Below are positions 36,601-51,200 of a stretch of 64,000 nucleotides of DNA, in pieces. Position numbers and translations under genes: made by a program. The DNA is from Phyllobates terribilis (Eukaryota). The notes beneath the pieces are model-generated. The model saw nothing but the letters and a program-made list of their open reading frames with translations. It did no database searches and was not told where the DNA came from. Position 1 is the stretch's first letter. Each line of letters begins with the position of its first letter. The stretch lies in the NCBI RefSeq assembly GCF_046119375.1, contig NW_027362767.1:426932001-426996000 (forward strand), written 5' to 3'.

Positions 36601-37166
36601 TCCCGGCCAACTTACGGATCCCTAACTCCTTCCATGTATCTCTCCTCAAACCTGTGGTACTTAACTCTTTTTCCAAGTCTACAGGTACGCCTCCTGCTCC
36701 GGTTTCTGCTGAGGACGAGTTTGAGGTAGAGAACATTCTTGCCACCAAAAGGGTAAGAGGAAAGACCTTTTTTCTGGTAGATTGGAAGGGGTTTGGTCCT
36801 GAGGAGAGAACGTGGGAGCCCCGGGAGAACATCCATGCCCCTCTCATCCTAGCTAAATTTCTGTCTGGCCTAAAAAAGGGGGGGCCTAAAGGGGGGGGTA
36901 CTGTAGTGCCGGCGTCCCTGCCCTCTGTTAGGCAGGGACGCTGCTCCCCTCACCGCTCTGCCCCGTGCCCGGCGTCCCTCTCCCGCTCTGCTGTCAGCGC
37001 GCGCTCCTTCCCGGCGTCCTCCTCCCGCTCTGCTCTCAGCGCGCGCTCCTTCCCGGCCCCTGTGCTTAGGGCGCGCGCGCGCGCGCGCTCCCCTCCTCTT
37101 AAAGGGGCCGCGCGCGCCGTCCTAAGGAGTCCCCGGCCAATGGCCGGAGGACTTCATCATATATAA
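33633..37166 (+). CDS. Pol (PR-RT-RNase H-IN-chromodomain) in the -1 frame
   Basis: The -1 frame is open from the slippery site at 33633. Motifs: LDSGA, YLDD, VDASSSGAGAVL, H-H-C-C, DFITDLP/SDRG/GQVER, GPL, and chromodomain EFEVENIL...LVDWKGFGPEERTWEP. The ORF runs into the 3' LTR. Confidence 0.95.
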   Translation, partial: GKRLCLGSLREVHLDKNKSSPSLLLSVSIVYGENRYFELAQLDSGAAGNLISQSLVEKYRIPTKPLAVPLSVAAVDGGLLPRPIQLITESITLQVGMLHSESISFHVLPGLSHALLLGLPWLQKHAPVLDWQTGEVLRWGQDCHKTCLVPVHPVRPSPTPANLPGLPIPYWSYADVFNKKEAETLPPHRPYDCPIDLLPGTTPPRGRIYPLSAAETRSMSEYIEENLARGFIRKSTSPAGAGFFFVKKKDGSLRPCIDYRGLNQITVKNKYPLPLIPELFDRLRGARIFTKLDLRGAYNLVRIRQGDEWKTAFNTRDGHYEYLVMPFGLCNAPAVFQELVNDIFRDLLYSCVVVYLDDILVFSPDLQTHRRDVRQVLLRLRQNHLFAKYEKCLFEQTSLPFLGYIISQTGLRMDPEKLSAIEKWPRPEGLKAIQRFLGFANYYRLFIPHFSSRTAPISALTRKGTNPKEWPPEAEEAFLSLKQAFSSAPVLHRPDGNKQFFLEVDASSSGAGAVLTQKSSSGRMVTCGFFSKLFSSSERNYSIGDRELLAIKLALEEWRYLLEGALHPVIIYTDHKNLAYLQHAQRLNPRQARWSLFFARFDFVLHFRPADKNVKADALSRSFLVSDLEEDPKHIIDPARVMQVAPVSLNRLPPGKTFVSVPDREKILHWGHSSKLAGHAGQKKTLQLISRHYWWPTLHKDVIDFVSACVSCARNKVPRHLPAGRLLPLPVPAAPWQHIAMDFITDLPLSAGCTVIWVVADRFSKMAHFVPLPGLPSAPELARDFIRHIFRLHGLPLHIVSDRGVQFTSRFWRATCKLLDVTLDFSSAYHPQSNGQVERINQNLTSYLRHFVNAHHSDWVDLLPWAEFSYNNHESESSSKSPFFVVFGQHPRIPFPVSTSVDNPAAESLVSKFSSIWESTRSALLQSSERMKRHADKKRLDPPQFRPGDKVWLSSKYVRLKIPSYKLGPRFIGPLEVTSQINPVAYKLKLPANLRIPNSFHVSLLKPVVLNSFSKSTGTPPAPVSAEDEFEVENILATKRVRGKTFFLVDWKGFGPEERTWEPRENIHAPLILAKFLSGLKKGGPKGGGTVVPASLPSVRQGRCSPHRSAPCPASLSRSAVSARSFPASSSRSALSARSFPAPVLRARARARSPPLKGAARAVLRSPRPMAGGLHHI

Positions 37167-38102
37167 GGCACCTCCTCCAAAATGGAGGTGCCCGAGCAAT
37201 GTTGTTTGCACCTGTGTCTCACCTGTGCTTCAGCCCTCAGGTCCCGTTGCCAGTTACCTGCCAGTTACCTGTCAGATTCCTGCCTGATTACTTGCTACCT
37301 GTCTGCTAGCCTGAGGTCCGACGGTCTGCCTTACTACTCCTGTCAGTCTGTCTAAGGACCAGCCTGCCCGCTCACCTGGGAGCGCACCTCAGCTACCTGC
37401 CTGCTTGCCTGAGGTCCGACGGTCTGCCTTACAACTCCGGTCAGTCTGTCTATGGACCAGCTTGCCCGCTCACCTGGGAGCGCTTCTCCGTTACCTGCCT
37501 GCTTGCCAGCCCGGAGGCTCCGCTGTCACGTGCTGTGACCACCAGCTACTCCAGACTCTTGCCCGCTCACCTGGGAGCGCTTCTCCGCTACCTGCCTGCT
37601 TGCCTGCCCGAAGGCTCCGCTGTCACGTGCTGTGACCACCAGCTATTCCAGACTCTTGCCCGCTCACCTGGGAGCGCTTCTCCGTTACCTGCCTGCTTGC
37701 CTACCTGGAGGCTCCGCCGTCACGTGCTGTGACCACCAGCTATTCCTGAGACTCTTGCCCGCTCACCTGGGAGCGCTTCTCCGTTACCTGCCTGCTTGCC
37801 TACCTGGAGGCTCCGCCGTCACGTGCTGTGACCACCTGCTATTCCAGAGACTCTCGCTTGCTCACCTGGGAGCACACATTCTTCATCTGCCTTGCTAGCC
37901 TACCTGGAGGTTCAGCCATCACAGGTCGTACCTACCCTTTATCCAGAGACTGCCCCGATCACTTGCCGTGTCCTCCTGCCCGTACACCCAGAGACTGTCC
38001 TGGTCACCTCCTGTGACTACCTGCCTGGTCGCCACCCGCTCCTTTACAAGGACCGCCCCCTTGTATGGTAGCCCAGAGGTTCCGCCTCCCAGACCTGTTA
38101 CA
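36902..38102 (+). repeat. 3' LTR (1201 bp)
   Basis: Copy of the 5' LTR with one extra CG dinucleotide, a few substitutions and a rearranged internal array. Confidence 0.95.
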
Positions 38103-38375
38103 AAAAGCTCCTGTATCACCCTCCAGGAATCACAGGAGGGGAAGTGACAGGAGCAGGGTGTGATCTGCTAGAGGTGGTAATTTAGGATTTGAACAGTCGC
38201 TGATGGCTGTAAGAACAGGGATAATTTGGGGGGGATAACATGAAGAAAAGTTCCTGTATCACCCTCCAGGGATCACAGGAGACTGGGGGGAGTGACAGTA
38301 GCAAGGTGTGATCTGCTAGAAGTGGTAATATAGGCTCTGAACAGAGTCACTGGTGGCAGTTTGAACAGGGATAAA
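38103..38375. repeat. 143-bp tandem duplication containing the LTR element's target site
   Basis: CTCCTGTATCACCCTCCAGG at 38108 recurs at 38251, there preceded by CATGAAGAAAAG, which is also the sequence left of the 5' LTR. Confidence 0.8.
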
Positions 38376-38929
38376 TATACTGCAGTCGTAGTCATTTGCG
38401 CTGTGCAGATACGGGAGCCACATGAAGACATTTGTCACTAAAAGTCGCCTGCTGTTCTATGTGGATGTTGCCGAGGGTTAAAGCGAGAAATTACTGTTTC
38501 TCTTTTTAACACAGATCCATCAAATTCTCTTTTCTCCACCAGTTAAATTGTGCTTTCCCTATCACTAGATTATAGTGATAGAAAATGTACAGTATAACTG
38601 GCCGAGAAAAGAGAATTTGAAATTTTAAGAAAAGCATCCGGCCCTCCTATATATAGCTGTTATAGTGTCGGCCATTACTACCTCCTGTGGTCGGTATTCC
38701 ACAGTCTGACTGCTCTAACTGTAAAGAATCCTTTCTTATTTAGCTCCTGAAGTCGCCTTCCCTCCACATATAATGAGTGCCCATGAGTGCTCTTGGTGTG
38801 GATTGCATTTTTCTTTACATTTCTCCACAAAAATAAATATATGTAGATAATCAGTAATTTATATGTATGCTAAAATGGGGACTTAGAAAAAGAAACTCAT
38901 CTCCCAAAAAACAAGCCCTCATACGTCTA

Positions 38930-42555
<3,626 letters not shown>

Positions 42556-45209
42556 TATGTGGAAAGATGAACTAAAAAAATATATGTATAAATCTTAAAA
42601 TGGGAAAATTAAAAAAAAAACCTTCTATAATAGGTATGCATTTTGGACCTATTCAGATTTAAAAAGTTTGTCTAATCTTTCTTCAGGAGCGCAGCGCTCC
42701 TCTGCCTCCCGGCTTCCTGCTGTCGGGGCGCAGAGCTCCTCTGCCTCCCGGCTTCCTGTGGTCACAAGTGCAGCGCTCCTCTGCCTCCCTGCTGTCGGGG
42801 TGCTGCGCTCCAGATGATGATTGAGTTCGGACCAGCTGAGCGCCCTGTCCTCCCTTGCTTTTAGCAGGGGTAGCTTTGTCTCTGCAGCAGTAAAGGATCA
42901 CTGATCTTGGCAGGATCTAGTGAGCTGGGAAGCTTCTGGCCTGCACTTACTAGCTCCAAAATAAAAAGATTGCAAGAATGCAATTGTGATGGCCGGTAAC
43001 TTAGCCAACAAGAAGTAAACTATGAAATTAAAAATCCCTCCTGTCTAGAGAACAGAGGATTTTTAATAAAAATGCAGAGTTGCTTTGTAATTTTTCCTAT
43101 TTAAAAAGTTGAGAAAACCCCTTTGTAAAAGGAAGATATTCTGTATGCGGATGTAAAAATATGGGGTTGTCTGATATTAGTCTGTTACTTCTTTTCTATA
43201 TTAAGAAGTCCCAATCTGTCCTGGATTACATATAAAATGTTGCATAGATTTTGTAAAAATAAATAAAAAAATAAATATTGTAAAAATAAATGAGGTCCTG
43301 AAAAAAAAAAAAGTAAAGTCTGTATCACTTTCACACCTAAAAAAATAAATGTGTCAAAAGAAAGAGAAAAAATTATTTATTGTCTGACGTTAGGAACATG
43401 AAACATGTTTTATTTTATTTTTTTACAGATTTCCACCATCAAGATAAAAAATAATTAATAACACAAAACTTTTTTCCAACTTTTTATTTTTTTTTTGTCA
43501 CATTTTCAGCAATGTAAAACCTAGAAAAACCTGAATACTGGAAAATATCAGATGTTGTATTCAGTGATAAAACAATACAGATTGAGATCAAACAGGTCAA
43601 TTATTAAAGTTGTTTCAAGGTCCTTTAGGAAATAAATACGAGGACATACACTTTTTCTTTATTGCTGGGTTCAGATATAGCAGCGGTGCCTGTGCTGCAC
43701 AAGGGATCACTGCGTGCAATATTCCTCCTGAAGGCCTCCTCAAAGTAGTGATTCTCCTTTGGGGACATTTATTTTCTTAAATGCATGTAATAGGGTCTAA
43801 TAAATAATCATTTTTGCAATTGGGGTTAATTAACACTTTTGCATAGTCTGCCTTCTATAGTCTCTGGCATCAGAAAGTCATCTGAGAATCAGTCAGTCGT
43901 CCCCTTATGACGATCGGACGGAGAGATTTTAGCTTTTTTACGTGTCTTTTTCTGCGCTTATAGACCTCATCAAAGTTGAATGTGCCAAAAAACAAAGAGC
44001 CCGTTAAAACCAAACAGTGCAATTATTTGCAAAAATTATTATTTTTTTGTATTTAAGTAAAAAAAAATTGCCCTTCAAAACCCAATCACATGGCGGGTAA
44101 TTGGCAAAAATTCATAAAAAAGCTTGTTGTAACCATCGATGTGTGTAAAGCTGATAGTTTGGATCGTTTATGTTGGCATGCAAATAATCATGGGTAATGT
44201 GGTAAAATAATCAGGATGTGCTGCCGATTATAGGCAACTGTATGGAGACAATATGGCCATGTAACCGATCATTCCACCCCGGACAGCTTGTATCGGCCCA
44301 CGTGATGGCTCACTACACGAGTGCATTGTATATAGTTCTTTTCTCTCCTCTCCCCATTGAAAACACATAAACAGTCGGCCAAGCCAAATATTCATGTGTA
44401 TGAAGGAGTCGGTAACGGCTGATCGATATCTAAGGTGTGTGGACTCCTCAAAGGGGTTATCCTGGATTGGAAGTGATCGGCACCAGTGAAGTTACGACCC
44501 GCACGCTTGCGTGGTCATCTGGGTAATGTGCACGTGTCTCCTCAGGTGCGCGGGTCGTAACGTCATCGGCACTGTTCACATGTAATGTGGGAATGAGCGG
44601 CATCGGATAACCCCTTTAAGGTTAGGGTCATAAATGTGGCTTTTGGTGCAGTTTTAGATCCAAGGCCAAGAGTGATTTCAACAGTTTGGGTAATATCAAA
44701 TACTGCAAGTGTATTTCCAGCCCAAGTTTTTGAAACTTCTCAAGAAAACTACAAATCTCTCACATTTCCTATAATATAAAAAATACACAAGGAATAATGG
44801 GGTAAAGTCATTGTATGTTAAAGAAAAGCCAAAAAGACACCCAGCAGATGGCAGGTCCAGCGTCACGAGAGCTATGTCTCTGGCGGCTCCGCATGGGAAA
44901 ATGGAATGTGTGAACGATGGTCAATGATTACGTGACGGCACATTAACAATTTATTGCACGATTCTCGTCAATGTACTGTAAATCCTTATCTGCCATCGGA
45001 TCGCTTATTTCCTTACACAATTACTGGTGTAAACGAGACCTAAGTCAAAGCTGCAGCAGGTAAAAGGAGCGGACTAACAAAGCTGGCGAAGATGGAAGAG
45101 ATGACGGTGACTTTTACATCACGTGTCACGGACATGTGCATAGTTTATGTGGCGTTGCTTCTCCGTCCTCATCTATAGAATATTTCCTCCATATTCCTCT
45201 ACTTTACTT

Positions 45210-48200
45210 TCAGTCGCCATTCTTCAGGAGTTTATAGTAAGCCCCCTCCTCGTTCTTTACCAGCTCCTTGTGATTTCCGCGTTCTACCACCCGACCTCCG
45301 TCCAGAACCAGAATCTGATCCGCATCTCGCACCGTGCGCAGCCGATGGGCGATGATCAGAAGTGAGAGGCCGGGGATATTCTGTACAGACTGCTGGATCT
45401 GCGGAGGAGACAGATGGTAATGACGGAGAGAAACAGATCACATCCCCCCAATACAGCCGGCGTCGCACCGCACCTCGTGCTCAGTCTCTACATCCAGACA
45501 ACTAGACGCTTCATCCAGGATAAGTAACTTAGGTTTCCGCGCGAGCGAGGGCGATGCGCTGCTTCTGCCCGGCCCCCATCTGAGCCCCGCTATCTCCAAC
45601 ATCTGTGGAAACAGGAAACTGCATTTCTGTATCAAATAATATAATAATAATCTGATTAAAAATGTCAGATGTAAAAATACTGCACAATATTGTATTAAAG
45701 GGGTAGAAGAGTTATGGTAAAAACCTGATGATTTTGGCCAAAAAGTTGGATCGGATAACCTAATGTACATGGGACCTCCAGATCCGAGACAACTTCCTAC
45801 CTCTAGATATGTGGCCAGTAATGTGAATGAAGTAATGTATGAAAAACAACATTTTTTTTCTCTTTATGGGTTCGTTAATTCTATATTTTGATGGACTGGA
45901 CTTTTATGAATGTGACAATGGCACCAGTGATTGACAGCAGCATGTAAATAGGTATACAGCAGTGATCGGAGGTAGCTCTGGTCGCTGCTGCTAACGGCAG
46001 ATGCCGGCTGTATATCGCAGCTCCAGAGCCTGCTCCATACATGGAGACCCAACGCAGCAAGTGCTGCTACGTCAGGAAGGTGTTTATATGCAATGTACCA
46101 TAGTAATGATAGTTTATTATAAACAGTAAAAAATAAAATGTAAAAAGTAAAAAAAAAATATATAAAAATCTTTTATCTCGGCTGTGGAATGTAATGCTGA
46201 TATCACTGACTTGTATCGTAGCCCTGGTCCAGGTCGCTGATAAAGTTTTCAGCCTTCGCGTTCCTTGCGGCCTCTGTCACTTGCTCGTTGCTTTTGCTGT
46301 TGAGTCCGTAACTAATGTTGTCTTTTATTGTTCCAGCAAATAAAACAGGATCTTGGGCGACCAGCGCCACCTAGAGGGAACATTATCAGTATATTGTTTG
46401 CAGCCACTTACAGTTAAAAATATCTCATTAACATACTTAAAGAGTAGGGATGAGGAGACCCGTGGAAGTTCGGGTTCTGGTACCCGACCCAAACTTTATA
46501 CCAAAGTTTGGTTTGGGTACCAGAACTGTACCCAAACTTGAACCAGAACCTGAACCCCATTGAAAACAATGGGGCCCAAACTTTTGAGTGGGCAAATTCT
46601 CTCCCTCTCCTTCTCTCTCACTCTCCAGACTTCCCCCGGAACTCTGAACATTGCAACAGACTTCCGGGTGAAGTCCATGTTCGAAGTTTAGCACCGGACT
46701 TCTAAGTTCGGGTTCGCTCATCTCTATTCAAGAGTAACTAAACTTTTTTGTTTTTTTAATTTCGTTATTGGTCAATTTATGATTTTTTGTAAATACTCCA
46801 TTATCTTATTTTGCTTCCTTCTGACTTTATCACCACGCTGAAAGTGCTTGTTTGTCTGCCTAGTTCTTGCAGTCTTGGTAACTGTTTTGTACTGCAGGCC
46901 TAGCAAAGATCCGTTCTCTGCTCCTTTATAGTCAGTATAATTCCTGTCTGAACATAGATGGGGGCAGCAGAGACGCTCACACAGGAGAATGGATCTTTGC
47001 TGAACCTACAGGTCAAATCAGCTTCCAAGACTGCAAGAACTAGGCAGACAAGACAGCACCTTCAGCGTGGTGATAAAGACAGAAGGAAGCAAAATAAAGT
47101 AATGGAGTAGATGAAAAAAATTCATAACTTTACAAAGACTGATCAATGATTAAATAAAAAAATAGTTTAGTTACTTTATTATTAAAGGGGATGTCCAGAA
47201 CTATGAAATTGATGATTTTTCCTTGGGACAGATCATCAATATGCGATTGACATCCCGCACCACCACCAAGCTGTTTGTCAAGCATAAAATGTTCAGAGCT
47301 GGAACAGCACAGCTCCACACACCGTGTTATGGCCGTTCACAGGTACTGCAGCTCAGATCATATTCACTTTATTGGCAGCCGAGGACGGCCATAACACATT
47401 GTACCTAGCTGTTCCGGCTCCGTACACAATGTACATCCTGTGGCTACGAGACCTACGAAGCAGGTGACACCCAGCACCGCACCGATCCGATACTGGTGAC
47501 GATGGTGGTAATGGAGCTAAGCTTCTCCTGTAGGACAATTGTAATGAATGAGCCCCAGAATTAAAGGAGCATTAAACATACAACATAGTATGAATGAAGC
47601 ATATACTAATAAGTAACATCATCCACATGTAAAAGTATGAAGGTTTCTAAATTTTCCATGAAATAAGTGGTATAAAGCAGGTGATCCTGGGAGTGGACAA
47701 TATTCTGGATTTCCGGTCACATTGAGGAACATAGCGTGAAACATTAATATATAACAATCGATGGCCGTCAGCTGCTGAAGGTTCATGTGCGCTCGATGCT
47801 CCGGATATCTGGTCCTACCTTACTGTGCAGATACTGATGGTCGTACTCGGCCAGAGGTCTCCCATCCAGAAGGATTGCCCCGCTCTGGGGCTCGTAGAAT
47901 CGCTCCAGAAGGGACACACAGGTCGTCTTACCCCCTCCTGAGAGTCCAACAAGAGCGGTGACGCTTCCCGGGGGAAGACTGAAGGATAAGTCCTGTGGGT
48001 CATAAAATAAATGATAGGGGATGAATATAATCAAGAGACAATGAAAGAGAGGACATGTATGGAAAGTATGTGAGGTGTCAAAGTGACGTATAAAATGAGA
48101 AGACTCAGAACATCAGAAAGGGGCCCGGATCTCAGATTCTGGCGGAGCTGTGTGTGAGGGGGCGACTGACTGCTCATGTGAAAGCTAAGCCGGCCCCTTT

Positions 48201-51200
48201 GTCTAACAAAGCCAACTGGCTGTTGAAATGCGCAGTCAGCTAGCCGCCTTCATACATGGCTCATTATGGGGGCCCACCTAATACTATTTCTATTCAACAT
48301 GAGCTCTATCGGTACACGCCACATTAACCGGCCAATATGATGGGAATGCCGACTCTTTATAGTGAGTGGGATCATTGGGCTCAGCTCAGTCGTAGTTTTT
48401 GGCTCTTCATTTGAAGGAGTTTTCCACCACTATTATACGACCTCAGGAGAGATCATCAATATCATATCGGTGTGCGTCCGACACTCGGCAGTCGCACCAG
48501 TCAGAAGTTATTTGCACCGGCAGCGGACGGAAGTAATCCTTGAATCGAGTTGCAATGTGTAGCAGCCGCTACTGGATACTGCAGAGCAGCCGCTAGTCAA
48601 AAGTGGCCGCTGCAGTGAATAACAGATGAGTGGTGTAGGGGTCCTGTGTGATGGACCCCCACCGATCTGATGTTAATAACCTCTCCTAAGGACACTGGTA
48701 AGAGGTCTTGTGCTAAAAGAGTCATTAGTTAGGCCTGAATACACATCAGAGAAAATTTGGAGGACTCCACAGGGACATCAGTCTGTCCAATGTGTATGGA
48801 GGCCACATAATGGCAGATGTCAGGGAAGAGATGGATTGAGTGTGTACCTGTATGGGGGGGCCAGGAGGGATAGCTGTCGTTATGTAAGGTGTAGAAAATA
48901 CAGGGTGTTGTGTGGTTTTGTGTTGTGCACACTCACCTGCACAGCCGGGGTATCTGGACGGGATGGATAATAAAATGTAACGTTCTTGAACTCAAATTCA
49001 CCATGTAAATCGTTTGGGCAAAGTGATCCCGATGTGGAGATCTGAGGCTCCCGATCCAGGTACTGAAAGATCTTGGAGGCGACTCCTGCGGAATGGGTTA
49101 TCTCACTGAGCATGTGAAAAAGGCTCTGAAAAGCAAAGGAGGAAAAAAGGTCAAGACCAGTGAAACGTGACAGTGCTCCATACCATGGGTATCCTTGCCA
49201 GTCTTGTGTACTAATGTTCAGCCCCCATTTACTTCAATAGGACCAGGGTCGCAGTACCCGAGAATGGCCACTACACAGTGTATGGAGCTGCTTATATACG
49301 TATATATACATACCGTACAGACCAAAAGTTTGGACACACCTTCTCATTTAAAGATTTTTCTGTATTTTCATGACTATGAAAATTGTACATTCACACTGAA
49401 GGCATCAAAACTATGAATTAACACATGTGGAATTATATACTTAACAAAAAAGTGTGAAACAACTGAAAATATGTCTTATATTCTAGGTTCTTCAAAGTAG
49501 CCACCTTTTGCTTTGATGACTGCTTTGCACACTCTTGGCATTCTCTTGATGAGCTTCAAGAGGTAGTCACCAGAAATGGTTTTCACTTCACAGGTGTGCC
49601 CTGTCAGGTTTAATAAGTGGGATTTCTTGCCTTATAAATGGGGTTGGGACCATCAGTTGTGTTGTGCAGAAGTCTGGTGGATACACAGCTGATAGTCCTA
49701 CTGAATAGACTGTTAGAATTTGTATTATGGCAAAAAAAAAGCAGCTAAGTAAAGAAAAATGAGTGGCCATCATTACTTTAAGAAATGAAGGTCAGTCAGT
49801 CCGAAAAATTGGGCAAACTTTGAAAGTGTCCCCAAGTGCAGTTGCAAAAACCATCAAGCGCTACAAAGCAACTGGCTCACTTGAGGACCGCCCCAGGAAA
49901 GGAAGACCAAGAGTCACCTCTGCTTCTGAGGATAAGTTTATCCGAGTCACCAGCCTCAGAAATCGCAGGTTAACAGTAGCTCAGATTAGAGACCAGGTCA
50001 ATGCCACACAGAGTTCTAGCAGCAGACACATCTCTTCAACAACTGTTAAGAGGAGACTTTGTGCAGCAGGCCTTCATGGTAAAATAGCTGCTAGGAAACC
50101 ACTGCTAAGGACAGGCAACAAGCAGAAGAGACTTGTTTTGGCTAAAGAACACAAGGAATGGACATTAAACCAGTGGAAATCTGTGCTTTGGTCTGATGAG
50201 TCCAAATTTGAGATCTTTGGTTCCAACCACCGTGTTTTTGAGCGACGCAGAAAAGGTGAACGGATGGACTCTACATGCCTGGTTCCCACCGTGAAGCATG
50301 GAGGAGGAGGTGTGATGGTGTGGGGGTGCTTTGCTGGTGACACTGTTGGGGATTTATTTAAAATTGAAGGCATACTGCACCAGCATGGCTACCACAGCAT
50401 CTTGCAGCGGCATGCTATTCCATCCGGTTTGCGTTTAGTTGGACCATCATTTATTTTTCAACAGGACAATGACCCCAAACACACCTCCAGGCTGTGTAAG
50501 GGCTATTTGACCAAGGAGGAGAGTGATGGGGTGCTACGCCAGATGACCTGGCCACCACAGTCACCAGACCTGAACCCAATCGAGATGGTTTGGGGTGAGC
50601 TGGACCGCAGAGTGAAGGCAAAAGGGCCAACAAGTGCTAAGCATCTCTGGGATCTCCTTCAAGATTGTTGGAAGACCATTTCCGGTGACTACCTCTTGAA
50701 GCTCATCAAGAGAATGCCAAGAGTGTGCAAAGCAGTCATCAAAGCAAAAGGTGGCTATTTTGAAGAACCTAGAATATAAGACATATTTTCAGTTGTTTTA
50801 CAATTTTTTGTTAAGTATATAATTCCATATGTGTTAATTCATAGTTTTGATGCCTTCAGTGTGAATGTACAATTTTCATAGTCATGAAAATACAGAAAAA
50901 TCTTTAAATGAGGTGTGTCCAAACTTTTGGTCTGTACTGTATATATATAGATAGCCTTTGGAAAACATGCACCATTGTGATTTCTTTGGCCTCGTACCCG
51001 TGTGTAGTCGCTAGACTCCATCTGGTAGATGATGAAGGACACCATCGCCCCGGTGGTCATCTCTCCTTCAAGGATTAATGTGTGTCCATAGCATAACATG
51101 GAAACCTGCGACCCCAGATTGATGATCTGAAGGGAAGAAAAGCGTCTTAATCATCAGGGCACACAGATTATCACTACTATCAACACAGATATCAGTCACA

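Larger units (their letters stand above)
31489..38102 (+). mobile_element. Full-length Ty3/gypsy chromovirus LTR retrotransposon (Sushi/PEG10-related)
   Basis: Two TG...CA LTRs (31489-32687 and 36902-38102), 5-bp TSD AAAAG on both sides, intact gag and pol, PPT AAAGGGGGGGG at 36888-36898. Confidence 0.97.

Noticed and set aside
45603-45770. 110-aa ORF as an intact alternative TAP2 exon 10
   Set aside because: Its upstream part is intron and it lacks the signature motif, which lies in a different frame.
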